DNA of 64,000 bases, from assembly GCA_020241865.1 (NCBI GenBank), contig GCA_020241865.1_4709.1; one strand, given 5' to 3'. The notes below the pieces were generated by a model. The model saw only the letters and a list, made by a program, of their open reading frames with translations. It did no database searches and was not told the DNA's origin. Shown here piece by piece: positions 9,626 through 18,555 of this stretch. The stretch is from a phage. The first letter of the stretch is position 1. Each line of letters starts with the position of its first letter. The translations under genes were made by a program, and so were the position numbers.

Positions 9626-11062
9626 TTACTTTTTCGATGACGCTTTCTCAAGAATCTTGAAAAAGGTCATACCTATACCGACAACGGCCGCGGTTATGCT
9701 CGCAGCGGCTTTCCAAACATCGACGTTACGTTGACGTCGCGCTTCTTCCGCTTCACGTTGTCTTTTTGCCTCTTCATCACGTCGACGTATCTCAGCAGCA
9801 AACTCGTCGTGCTTACGTTTGGATTCTTCGTCTCGACGACGAAGTTCAGCGACGAATTCTTCATGTTTGCGTTTAGCCTCGTCATCACGACGTTTTAAAT
9901 CAGCTTGATAATCTTCGTGTATTTGTCTACGTAGATCATCTTGACGTTTCATTTCGGCTTGGTGTTGTTCCATCCTACGTTTTTGTTCGTCTTTAAGCTG
10001 ATCGAGTTCGGCTTTATGTTGTTCATCACGCAGCTTTGCGTCGGCGCGATGCGCCTCATGCATCTGTGCGATAACTGCCTTGTGTTCATCCGCCATACGT
10101 CGCATTTCAGCCATCACCCCTTTAAGGGTTTCTTCTGATGCCTTACGTTCGTAGCTACGTTGGTCGAAATCATTTTTGTAGGCTTCTTTTTGGATGGGGT
10201 CGCGCCAATGCAATGCCGATTCACGCGTCGGAAAAACATTGTACTTCCACATCTCTTTTTCCAAATCTTCGACCGGTACGAAGATGGAGTCATTATTCCC
10301 GAAGGTAACCAACATACCTGGCGCGCCTGCTCCATTCGTTGGTTTTATTTCGAACGCTTTCCCCAGCACGTTAACCCATAAGCTATACGGATTATGAAAG
10401 TCGGGCGGCGTCCAATGGATAGTGAGTTGCGTTCCGAGAATCCGGAAACCCTCTGTTTTTCCCGTCAAGCTCCGCGCGCACGTTGCGATGTAGGGGTGAT
10501 CAATCCCTTTCGTAACGTGGTCTGCGCTTTTGTATTCTCCTTTAACTTTTACGATTGCCACGTTGATTTGCGCGACATAAGCAGGTTGATTAAAGTTCAG
10601 CGTGTTGAGGTCAATTTGACATATTTCATCCAGCGTATCGTACCAGTCTTGCTGGTCTAATAGACGCGGCATTTTCTCTGTGTTAACAATACGACGGATA
10701 TGCGGTTTCCTTATCGCGTAACCTGTGCCGTTTTTAACACGGAGTATATCCCGACGTCTACCCGCGTAGACGAAGTTTCTGAATGCACCATTCGCATTAG
10801 ATACGTCATGGCTGTCAACTATTACAGGACTACGAAATTTTGAACGTCGTACGATCCTGAATGTATTGCCGTCCTCAACCCTACCAGGAATGTACTGGAA
10901 CATATTGTCGGAGGTGATAACCAACACGGTATGGCCAGATTCATTAATACATGCCCATCCTAATTCCAGGTCATATAACGGTTCAGCATAACCGTCAATG
11001 CGATAAGCGTGCGTACCATCCCACGGTTCGAACGCGGTATCACATATTGGCATGGAGGGCAT
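9626..11062 (-). CDS. tail-anchored membrane protein candidate: globular N-domain, charged repeat helix, C-terminal hydrophobic segment
   Basis: ORF track (track start 11068 is TTG; ATG 11062 has GGAGG 7 nt upstream); in-frame repeats RRRDEE-x-KRKH-x-EF; hydrophobic stretch AAASITAAVVGIGMTFF near C-terminus. Confidence 0.8.
   Translation of the reverse strand: MPSMPICDTAFEPWDGTHAYRIDGYAEPLYDLELGWACINESGHTVLVITSDNMFQYIPGRVEDGNTFRIVRRSKFRSPVIVDSHDVSNANGAFRNFVYAGRRRDILRVKNGTGYAIRKPHIRRIVNTEKMPRLLDQQDWYDTLDEICQIDLNTLNFNQPAYVAQINVAIVKVKGEYKSADHVTKGIDHPYIATCARSLTGKTEGFRILGTQLTIHWTPPDFHNPYSLWVNVLGKAFEIKPTNGAGAPGMLVTFGNNDSIFVPVEDLEKEMWKYNVFPTRESALHWRDPIQKEAYKNDFDQRSYERKASEETLKGVMAEMRRMADEHKAVIAQMHEAHRADAKLRDEQHKAELDQLKDEQKRRMEQHQAEMKRQDDLRRQIHEDYQADLKRRDDEAKRKHEEFVAELRRRDEESKRKHDEFAAEIRRRDEEAKRQREAEEARRQRNVDVWKAAASITAAVVGIGMTFFKILEKASSKK
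9775..9915 (-). repeat. in-frame tandem repeats inside CDS 9626-11062 encoding charged helix repeats
   Basis: Repeated DNA units visible at about 9780-9900 translating to KRRDDEAKRKHEEFVAELRRRDEESKRKHDEFAAEIRRRDEEAKRQ. Confidence 0.7.
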
Positions 11063-11211
11063 CGTCAACCTCCATCTGATTGAAAACTATCACGCATAAT
11101 ACATTTCCCTTTTCTTGTTCTTATCGAGCCGACAGCCGACGGTTTCAGCATCGTTCCTAGCGCGAGAACGACCTTACGTGTTGTCTATGCCTTATTCATC
11201 GCAGGCGTCTG

Positions 11212-11236
11212 TCACCTAGGTAATGTAAGCGTCAAA
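11212..11236 (-). promoter_or_regulatory. conserved promoter-like motif copy 3 (minus strand TACATTACCTAGGTGA)
   Basis: Shares CACCTAGGTAATGTA core with motifs at 19381-19416 and 57405-57437; lies in 330-bp intergenic region upstream of gene 9626-11062. Confidence 0.4.
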
Positions 11237-11270
11237 TTTTTTCTATTCGCAACAATAAACGGCATAGAAA

Positions 11271-11300
11271 CCTCCCCCAACCCTTACGGGCTGAGGGAGG
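11271..11300 (-). terminator. GC-rich stem-loop, family member in inverted orientation (CCTCCC...GGGAGG around CCC-TTAC-GGG)
   Basis: Inverted repeat read from sequence; downstream of stop of gene 11400-13622 on minus strand. Confidence 0.5.
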
Positions 11301-11399
11301 CTGACTTATGTATCACGGTGCCGGATGAATGTCCGGTGCAATGAAACCATCCGCAACGTTGTCGTCAAGAATATCGTCCAACGAAGCAGCTACGGTAGT

Positions 11400-13622
11400 T
11401 CAGTTAGTCTGAACAGGCAGCTTGATGTTTTCAGTGTAGACCTTACGCAGGTTCACAACGTTAATCAGACCCAGCAGCGGGCAGTTGTTAACGAAGCGGC
11501 AGCGCGGCTGAACCATGGTTTCTTTAGAAACCTGACCGTTACGGGTAACCTGAGCAACAGATACCAGTTCCGGTACATACAGGAACATACCGAAGGTCAG
11601 CGGATCCGGAGAACCCTGGATACCACGAGACAGGGTCACGAAGATCTTATCGCGCAGCATGACGTTCGGGTTATCTACAACCACGAAGTTGAAGCTTACA
11701 CCAACGGTGCGGAAATCACCATCGGTCTGCAGGAACTGCGGGATGTAGTTGTCAGTTGCTACTACGCAACGCGGTTTCTCATCAGCGTTGGAAGACAGCA
11801 GCTGCAGAGCTGGCTGATAACCAGACTCGGAGTACATGCGGTATGCCATCTCACGAATCACGTTCATGATCGCAGCAGACACTTCAGCACGACGTTCTGC
11901 AGTGGTGGTACCCTGAACAGATTTCTCCAGGTCCAGATTGATTTCTTCGAACCACGGACGGATCAGGTAACGACCGAAACCTTCGATCTGGATGTCGCCG
12001 AACTGACGGAAGCGAGAGGTCGCAACCGCTTTCAGTGCGTCTTTGTAGCTGAACAGTTTCTCAACCATCAGGTTGTCGAAACGTGCGTTAGCAGCTTGGA
12101 TCAGAACGTCCAGGTCAGCAGCGTTTTCTTCCCAATCCAGCGGACGAGGAATGGAGAACGGAGCCAGCAGGCCGATTGCGTAACGTTCTTGCTTCATGTT
12201 GAAGTCAAGGTGCTTACCGCGCTCACGACGGTTGCTGTTGTTACGGCGGATACGCAGTTCGTAACCAACCAGTTTGAAGCTCAGGTCTTCAGCCAGTTGT
12301 TTGAACTCTTCGCTCTTACGCGGTTGTTCGATGTTGTCCTGATCAACCAGGCGATACAGTTCAGCGTTAGCGCCGTTAACACGCAGACCGGCTTTCTCTA
12401 CGTTGGAAGAACCGTAAACTTCGATCGCCAGCTGAGCAGCAGATTTCGCATCGATGATGTCCTGCAGCGCTTCAGCTTTCGCGCCTTTAACGTCTTTGGT
12501 GTTCTCATCAACGAAGATGGAGTGGGTGTCGAACGCCAGGGTCATTTTGCGGAAGTCGCCTTCCAGGGATTTCTGGAAACCGTTGGTGATCAGACCAGAT
12601 ACGTCGAACGGTACGTAAGAGGTTTTGCTGTGCTTGGTAGATTTGATTTCCACCAGGATTTTGGTCAGCGTGATCTGGGCGTCCAGCGCGTCGGTGTTGT
12701 CGCTGTAACCGTTAGCCAGGATGCTATCGTCTTCAGCAATACCGATCATGTCGATCAGTTTATCAACAGCCAGGTAAGACGTTTTGTAAGTTACGCCTTT
12801 AATTTCGATGTCGCGCGGAGCAACGATAGCTTTGTCAACGAAGTACTGTGCGTTAGCATCGTCAGCACGATAGATCGGATGCAGATCGGTCACGTCGTTG
12901 GACAGAACGTCGTTGTACATGAACGCATCCAGCAGCGGACGACGTACCCAATCAGCCGGAGTACCGTCAGCGTTACGACGCAGGTGGTTGAACACCAGCG
13001 GACGACGGAAAGATACGTCGTAACCGATCTGGTTCGGAGCCAGAACGATGGTGTTGTACAGTTCGTTACCCATGCGGCTCAGACGAGAAGCCTTCACGTT
13101 GAACACAACGGAGTACGGCATCATGTCACGCAGTTCTTTCTGGTCGTAGGACAGCTGAACCAGTTCTTCAGATTCGCAACCGCAGGAATCAGCAGCCATC
13201 ATGACGAAGTTAGAGCTGTCAACTTCACGGCCAGACGGAGTGGTGCTGATGTTCATGGAACGTGCTTGTTTAGCATATTCTACCGGGTTACCATGAGCCA
13301 GCATGATCAGTGCTGCTGCACGAGCCTGCTGTGCGTTCATGGTGAACAGCTGTTCTTCAATACGCTGCTTCTCTTCCGGAGTGGTGGTTTCGAAGCCCAG
13401 CATGGACAGAACCGGTTCTTCGGCTTTACGGATGTCGCTGCTGAAGCTCTTAACATCCATTTCGTTAACCAGTTTGTCCATGGATTTGAAATCAACCTTA
13501 GAAGCAGATTCCATAGACAGGAAGGTGTTCTCCAGACCTTTGTCTGCTGGTTTGCTACCATTAGCGGTCAGGAACTGGCGAGTGGCCGCGACCTGTTGGC
13601 TAAGAAGGGTTTTATCATTCAT
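11400..13622 (-). CDS. highly expressed virion protein, candidate major capsid protein (740 aa)
   Basis: ORF track; ATG 13622 with AAAGGA upstream; strong codon bias (CTG, CGT, GGT, GAA dominate) and a 766-aa stop-free antisense frame; size fits jumbo-phage capsid proteins; no motif-level proof. Confidence 0.85.
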   Translation of the reverse strand: MNDKTLLSQQVAATRQFLTANGSKPADKGLENTFLSMESASKVDFKSMDKLVNEMDVKSFSSDIRKAEEPVLSMLGFETTTPEEKQRIEEQLFTMNAQQARAAALIMLAHGNPVEYAKQARSMNISTTPSGREVDSSNFVMMAADSCGCESEELVQLSYDQKELRDMMPYSVVFNVKASRLSRMGNELYNTIVLAPNQIGYDVSFRRPLVFNHLRRNADGTPADWVRRPLLDAFMYNDVLSNDVTDLHPIYRADDANAQYFVDKAIVAPRDIEIKGVTYKTSYLAVDKLIDMIGIAEDDSILANGYSDNTDALDAQITLTKILVEIKSTKHSKTSYVPFDVSGLITNGFQKSLEGDFRKMTLAFDTHSIFVDENTKDVKGAKAEALQDIIDAKSAAQLAIEVYGSSNVEKAGLRVNGANAELYRLVDQDNIEQPRKSEEFKQLAEDLSFKLVGYELRIRRNNSNRRERGKHLDFNMKQERYAIGLLAPFSIPRPLDWEENAADLDVLIQAANARFDNLMVEKLFSYKDALKAVATSRFRQFGDIQIEGFGRYLIRPWFEEINLDLEKSVQGTTTAERRAEVSAAIMNVIREMAYRMYSESGYQPALQLLSSNADEKPRCVVATDNYIPQFLQTDGDFRTVGVSFNFVVVDNPNVMLRDKIFVTLSRGIQGSPDPLTFGMFLYVPELVSVAQVTRNGQVSKETMVQPRCRFVNNCPLLGLINVVNLRKVYTENIKLPVQTN

Positions 13623-13771
13623 TGAAAGTATCCTTTACAGAATTAACTTATATAAGTCGGTCGATAGACCATAGCGTACACGCGTGCATGCGCCACTATA
13701 GTATCAGTAAACACTTACCGTTATTGAGGTCGTGATACAACACTAAAAATGCCGCATAACTTTTCCCTACG

Positions 13772-14392
13772 TCATAAACGACGCAGGCGATAATGGATGG
13801 AACGATTGGTGCAATATGAACGGAACAGCGGCAATTGCGCAACTTCCGCAAGACTCATATTAATTCGCAGGTGTTCAATAACGGCGCTGTAGTTATCAGC
13901 AATACGATCGCTCAATAACTCTTCTGCCAATAAAGGAAGACAATCGACAACAATCGCGATCACATCCTCATTAACATAACGCACCCGAACACTCAACGGA
14001 CGTTTGTCTGGGCTGTAAGTTGGATCCGCCAAACGACGTTCAATATCACGCGGATAGCTCGTCAGTAAATGGTAATAACCATTGTCATAACGATTGATGT
14101 ACTCACACAGCACATCAACATTCTTCTCTGGCGGCAAACCTGTTTCGTCATAGTGATACGCAAACATACCACCAAGCAGGTTGTTAAGATGAACCGCAGG
14201 GTTCGTTTGTTCGTGTTCTTTCGTGATGAAGAAAGGCACGTTCTGGGCTGCGAAATAAAAACCTACATCATTGGGCGATAGTATGCCGAAAAGACTTTTA
14301 GGGTCTAATAACACCTGTAAGTCATCACGCGCATTTCGAATAATCGCGTGTTCTACCCAATTCGGAACGACGAGATATCGGAGTTCCTTCAT
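13772..14392 (-). CDS. hypothetical protein (206 aa)
   Basis: ORF track; ATG 14392 with AGAGG upstream; divergent from 14432 gene. Confidence 0.75.
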   Translation of the reverse strand: MKELRYLVVPNWVEHAIIRNARDDLQVLLDPKSLFGILSPNDVGFYFAAQNVPFFITKEHEQTNPAVHLNNLLGGMFAYHYDETGLPPEKNVDVLCEYINRYDNGYYHLLTSYPRDIERRLADPTYSPDKRPLSVRVRYVNEDVIAIVVDCLPLLAEELLSDRIADNYSAVIEHLRINMSLAEVAQLPLFRSYCTNRSIHYRLRRL

Positions 14393-14431
14393 TATGATTA
14401 CCTCTTTGCAAGTATCGAAAGGATTGAGTCG

Positions 14432-16042
14432 ATGGACCCAAAACAGATAGCCATTAAGATTATTACGTTACTGTTTCGTAATGCACAATTGAACCATCCC
14501 GATCCCAGTACGATCGAACATGTTAAATCCGTCTTAGATAAAGTCGAACCCCCGAAAAACCATCTCGCTACAGACGTAGATAGAGAGGTTTTCAACAACC
14601 TGATGAATACCATTCATTGGATGTTGGAACAACCATTATCGGAACCTTTCGATAAACAACAGTTGTTACAAAGGATACGTTTGGATTGCCTTGAACAAAG
14701 CAATCTTTACGAGATTCTTGCCGACGGACTGTACGATATCGAAGACGACGCTCATATCAGTAAGGTCTGTTCACTCTATTACAACGAATTACGTAATCTG
14801 ATTACCCGTCGTCGTGTTTTCGAAACCTTTAGAAACACGTACATGGATATCAGTAACGGGCGACTTGGGGATAAAGAATTTTTCGATGCAATGGCGAATC
14901 TGAAATTATCGCTAGACAGTATCGAAATGGATACCGAAAATCCCGAAGAGATGTCGTGTATGATTGACGGCTTTATCGCTGACAGCGAAGACGATATCGA
15001 GAAAGTCGAACGTATGTTCGTCAAAGCGATGGAACGTAACAGTCCTGAAGGTGGATTTGTAACCGGCTGGCAAGGCTTTAATAAAATGTTGGGGTCGGTC
15101 GGTGTTTTACGTCGCGGTACCTTAGGACTGATTGGTGCAATGCAGCACCGGAACAAGTCAGGCGTGTTGTTAAAACTGTTCACACATCTGGCATTGTACA
15201 ACAAACCCCATTTCTTTTTCCCGGAGCGAGCAAAGAAAGCATTACTGATTCATTTGTCGACAGAAAACGAAGTGGAAGAAAACACGCTTCAGATATACAA
15301 GAACATGCGAGAACAGGAAACAGGCGAATATGTCGATATTCGTAAGATTGACCCTCGCGAGGCATCACGTTATGTGTTGAAGGTGTTCAACGATGCGGGT
15401 TTCTCTGTTTGTATGCGTCGTGTTGATGGGATGAGTTATAAACAACTCGCTAATCTCATCGACCATTTCGAACGCATGGGTTATGAAGTCATGGCGTTGT
15501 TCATTGACTATCTGAAAATGTTCTCATCGGAAGGGCTGGATAGAAATGGACCGACCGGCGCATGGCTCCAAGAACTCTTCAACAAAGTCCGTAACCTCTG
15601 CAGTGTTAAACGTATTTTAGGCATGACCGTACACCAGCTGTCATCCGATGCGAAGATGCGTGCACGTGATGGCAACGATGAAGAGTTTGTTGACCAAGTC
15701 GCAGGTTTAAGTTACTGGGATGGTTGTAAAGGGATTGACCGTGAGATTGACCTTGAAGTGATTGTTGATATCGTTAAGGAACCGGGCAAACGTCAAAGCT
15801 GGCAAGTCTTTGCATTAGGGAAAGACCGTCAACCGGATAACGGTTCAACGAAACCTGAAGACAAACACTTCGCAATGCCATTCCAAACCATCGGGATGCT
15901 TCCTGATGATTACGGTAAGAAAGCAGTGTATTGCCGCAAGGTTGGCGGACAACCTGTCTCCGAGGGAGGTAAAGGTCCGTGGAACAAGTTCGATGAAAAC
16001 GCAGCACCGAGTAATGAATTACAATTTGATTTAGAATTTTAA
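14432..16042 (+). CDS. DnaB-family helicase homolog candidate with atypical P-loop (537 aa)
   Basis: Track start 14348 would overlap the divergent gene; ATG 14432 has AAAGGA 8 nt upstream. Motifs by eye: GAMQHRNKSG (Walker A with Asn in place of the second Gly), KPHFFFPERAKKALLIHLS, LFIDYLKM (Walker B/H2-like), VHQLSSD (H3-like), in DnaB-like order and spacing. Confidence 0.75.
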   Translation: MDPKQIAIKIITLLFRNAQLNHPDPSTIEHVKSVLDKVEPPKNHLATDVDREVFNNLMNTIHWMLEQPLSEPFDKQQLLQRIRLDCLEQSNLYEILADGLYDIEDDAHISKVCSLYYNELRNLITRRRVFETFRNTYMDISNGRLGDKEFFDAMANLKLSLDSIEMDTENPEEMSCMIDGFIADSEDDIEKVERMFVKAMERNSPEGGFVTGWQGFNKMLGSVGVLRRGTLGLIGAMQHRNKSGVLLKLFTHLALYNKPHFFFPERAKKALLIHLSTENEVEENTLQIYKNMREQETGEYVDIRKIDPREASRYVLKVFNDAGFSVCMRRVDGMSYKQLANLIDHFERMGYEVMALFIDYLKMFSSEGLDRNGPTGAWLQELFNKVRNLCSVKRILGMTVHQLSSDAKMRARDGNDEEFVDQVAGLSYWDGCKGIDREIDLEVIVDIVKEPGKRQSWQVFALGKDRQPDNGSTKPEDKHFAMPFQTIGMLPDDYGKKAVYCRKVGGQPVSEGGKGPWNKFDENAAPSNELQFDLEF

Positions 16043-16063
16043 ACGCAAAAAAAAAAAGATTGT

Positions 16064-16112
16064 GCGGTTCCCTCCTCCAACCCGTAAGGGAAGGAGGAGG
16101 GGTTATGACCGC
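16064..16112. terminator. GC-rich stem-loop CCCTCCTCC-AA-CCC-GTAA-GGG-AA-GGAGGAGGG with extended flanking stem GCGGT/ACCGC, between convergent genes
   Basis: Perfect inverted repeat; A11 tract 16047-16057 gives a U-tract after the hairpin for minus-strand transcripts. Confidence 0.65.
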
Positions 16113-16117
16113 TTTGA

Positions 16118-16444
16118 TTAACTTATTGTCATGAATTCATTAGGTGAAAATTTCCAGCCGTTCTCGGTGAGAAGCGTGTTGAGTTTCGCTGCAACGATAA
16201 GCCATGCGTGCATGGCTGTTACATCGTATTGGCGATTCACTCGACGTTGGTTTTCGATATTGATTTGCTCCTGTTCAGTGATGTTTGGATAAAGTGCGAT
16301 AGCGCTAGGTTTACCCAGCGCGCTAGTCATCACCGCCGTACATTCACTGATAATGTTGTTTAAGTGGTAGTTATACACCGTTCCACGCATGACGCGATGA
16401 CGGCATTCGATAATAGCGTCGTAAATGATTTCTCGAGTAATCAT
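16118..16444 (-). CDS. hypothetical protein (108 aa)
   Basis: ORF track; no clear SD, possibly coupled to upstream gene. Confidence 0.6.
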   Translation of the reverse strand: MITREIIYDAIIECRHRVMRGTVYNYHLNNIISECTAVMTSALGKPSAIALYPNITEQEQINIENQRRVNRQYDVTAMHAWLIVAAKLNTLLTENGWKFSPNEFMTIS

Positions 16445-16450
16445 GATAAT

Positions 16451-16852
16451 TTAAAACATACGGTCGTTTTTAGCACGGGCGTCCATTACCAGATCGTAGA
16501 TGCCTGCGGTTCGTAAGCACTCTTCGTAGTAACGATGTGTGCCTTCCTCAGCCATCCACGATAACCCTCGGCTATCCGCAACGATAACCAGTTTGTTATT
16601 GTTGAACGCACACACCACACGGTATGTCGCGTTGTTATTCGGATCGCGAGTGATGAGTTCATAGACGCCGTTAACAGGTTTACTGAATTCGCCGTTTAAC
16701 GGAACGAGTTCGGTAGTACCTTCAGCAAACGTTACGTTGATCGGTGATGGATCTTTAGCGATAACAGTATATTCCACATTGTGTTCTTTACTGGTCATAA
16801 TACCGAAGTAAGAACTCACAGGGGAACGCGGTACACTAAGAATATTAAACAT
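16451..16852 (-). CDS. hypothetical protein (133 aa)
   Basis: ORF track; ATG 16852 with AGAGGA upstream. Confidence 0.7.
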   Translation of the reverse strand: MFNILSVPRSPVSSYFGIMTSKEHNVEYTVIAKDPSPINVTFAEGTTELVPLNGEFSKPVNGVYELITRDPNNNATYRVVCAFNNNKLVIVADSRGLSWMAEEGTHRYYEECLRTAGIYDLVMDARAKNDRMF

Positions 16853-16922
16853 AAATGTTGTCCTCTTAATTGGATTTAGATTGTTGGGTATGTGATTGGG
16901 AAATGAAAACGTTGTTTCGGTT

Positions 16923-17492
16923 TTAGACGATGAGTGACCAGGTAGTAAGCACCCCGCTTGCGAATTCGAGCTTAAGACGTTTACCGATAAGTTGTTGCTG
17001 GATCATCTTCTCGGTGATACGTCGATCATGCTGAACCGCTTTATCAAACGCTTCTTTCGCTTCAGCTTGGTAGAAGTTCGTTTCTTCGTTTTCGTCGATC
17101 TCTTCGAGAGCATCGTCGTCGATGTCAGCAAGTTTCACTCGACCGTTTTCATCAGGTTGTTCTGCAGGTTCATTGTCATACGGCGTGTCTTTTGTTGGTG
17201 CGACACGATGTTGCAACTCGACCTGCGTTAACATGATCTCCATCTCACCATCGATAGGAATGATTTCATCGGCGCTGCCGTTTTCGGTCAACTCTCGACT
17301 TTCCAGTAATGTCGTCGTAACAGAGAACACCTCTTCAACAGGAACCTCATCATCGTCGATAGTGTTAACCGTATTGCTGGTAACTTCGGCAACGACCATC
17401 AAATCGAATGCGTGAGGATCGCCTGGCATTTTGATTCCTGGAAGTTTGTTGAGGTACCAAGGATCGAGAATCATGATTTCTGGATTGAACAT
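16923..17492 (-). CDS. hypothetical acidic protein (189 aa)
   Basis: ORF track; ATG 17492 with AAAGG upstream. Confidence 0.7.
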   Translation of the reverse strand: MFNPEIMILDPWYLNKLPGIKMPGDPHAFDLMVVAEVTSNTVNTIDDDEVPVEEVFSVTTTLLESRELTENGSADEIIPIDGEMEIMLTQVELQHRVAPTKDTPYDNEPAEQPDENGRVKLADIDDDALEEIDENEETNFYQAEAKEAFDKAVQHDRRITEKMIQQQLIGKRLKLEFASGVLTTWSLIV

Positions 17493-17567
17493 CGTTTTTA
17501 CCTTTCTATGTTAGGTGGATTGCGGATAGAAGAATCAATGCATAGACTGATTTAAGTTTGTTAAGGT

Positions 17568-18470
17568 TTACTTAGTCTTCGAGTTACAAGGACTGACATG
17601 TTGTTGTACTCGTTGAATCGTATCGTAGTACGGGTTAGATTGGTTGAACATGCTGTTGTGTGGATGATAGCCGTATGGCGCATTTTGCCTTGTTGATGAG
17701 AAACCTTGTTGAGAAGGACGATTTGAATTAACCGCGAGTACGTAGTAAACCAAATTTTGACGGTCGAACGTTCCTTCGTTTTTGAAGGTGTCGGCGTAGG
17801 TGTTTATCGCTGGAGCGAGTCTATCACCATCGGCGGTAATAATTGTACCGTCTGGGTAAACTTCACGAACGACGCACCATGTTCCGATAAGAACGTCTTT
17901 GGGCGGCGTATTGCCGTATCCGGTTGTAACGGTAAGGTAAGTATCGAACCCTTCAGAACAACAAGGATGACGATAGATAGGTCCTGTCATTTCCGTTCTA
18001 TCGGTATCGTCGCATTTCTCTATCGAGAGCGATGGTGTGTCGGTTTTGAAATTGTCAAATTCTTTCTTTAAGTCGATTACAGGTTCTTTCGTATAGTACT
18101 TCTTGATTGCTTTGACGTAAAGATCAGGAACGGTTGTCAGCATTCCGTTATACCTGATTCTCAGGTTTTCGAGTAATCCAAAGATACTCGCGCATGCTTG
18201 TTCGCGAGGTTTTGTAAGATAAGAGATCCCCCCAGGAACGCTGGGATCTTTGAGAAAGAAGATTGCGTTATTGTCGTTGTGCAGTGCGTTGAAGAAAACG
18301 ATTGATTCGATATATACGGAGCATAGGCTGTCGTTGGCGTCGTCAGATAACACCCAGATGCACTCATCGGTCGTCTTGTTTAAAAGTTCTGTTTTGTCCA
18401 CCAAACGTTGTTTCATTGCGAGGAAATGTGCCTGTTGTTCAGCGGATAATTCACGATAAATAGTGGTCAT
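17568..18470 (-). CDS. hypothetical protein, tandem paralog of 18556-19329 (about 300 aa)
   Basis: Track ORF 17568-18548 trimmed to ATG 18470 (AAGGAG 6 nt upstream); shares IY-HP-C...YL-T-G and REVYPDG-I motifs with neighbour. Confidence 0.8.
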   Translation of the reverse strand: MTTIYRELSAEQQAHFLAMKQRLVDKTELLNKTTDECIWVLSDDANDSLCSVYIESIVFFNALHNDNNAIFFLKDPSVPGGISYLTKPREQACASIFGLLENLRIRYNGMLTTVPDLYVKAIKKYYTKEPVIDLKKEFDNFKTDTPSLSIEKCDDTDRTEMTGPIYRHPCCSEGFDTYLTVTTGYGNTPPKDVLIGTWCVVREVYPDGTIITADGDRLAPAINTYADTFKNEGTFDRQNLVYYVLAVNSNRPSQQGFSSTRQNAPYGYHPHNSMFNQSNPYYDTIQRVQQHVSPCNSKTK

Positions 18471-18517
18471 GTTGAGCTCCTTGATTACGATAAGGATGAT
18501 TGCGGTTTTGTGATGCT

Positions 18518-18546
18518 GGTAGGGCCCTAAACAAAGGAGCCCTACC
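18518..18546 (-). terminator. stem-loop GGTAGGGC/GCCCTACC between tandem paralogs
   Basis: 8-bp inverted repeat with 13-nt loop in the spacer between stop 18556 and start 18470. Confidence 0.5.
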
Positions 18547-18555
18547 AATATTGGG

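Noticed and set aside
11325-13625. 766-aa plus-strand ORF covering the whole capsid-sized gene
   Set aside because: Antisense shadow of the strongly codon-biased minus-strand gene 11400-13622; translation is V/R/F/Q-rich and has no RBS context; the minus-strand frame gives the compositionally normal protein.
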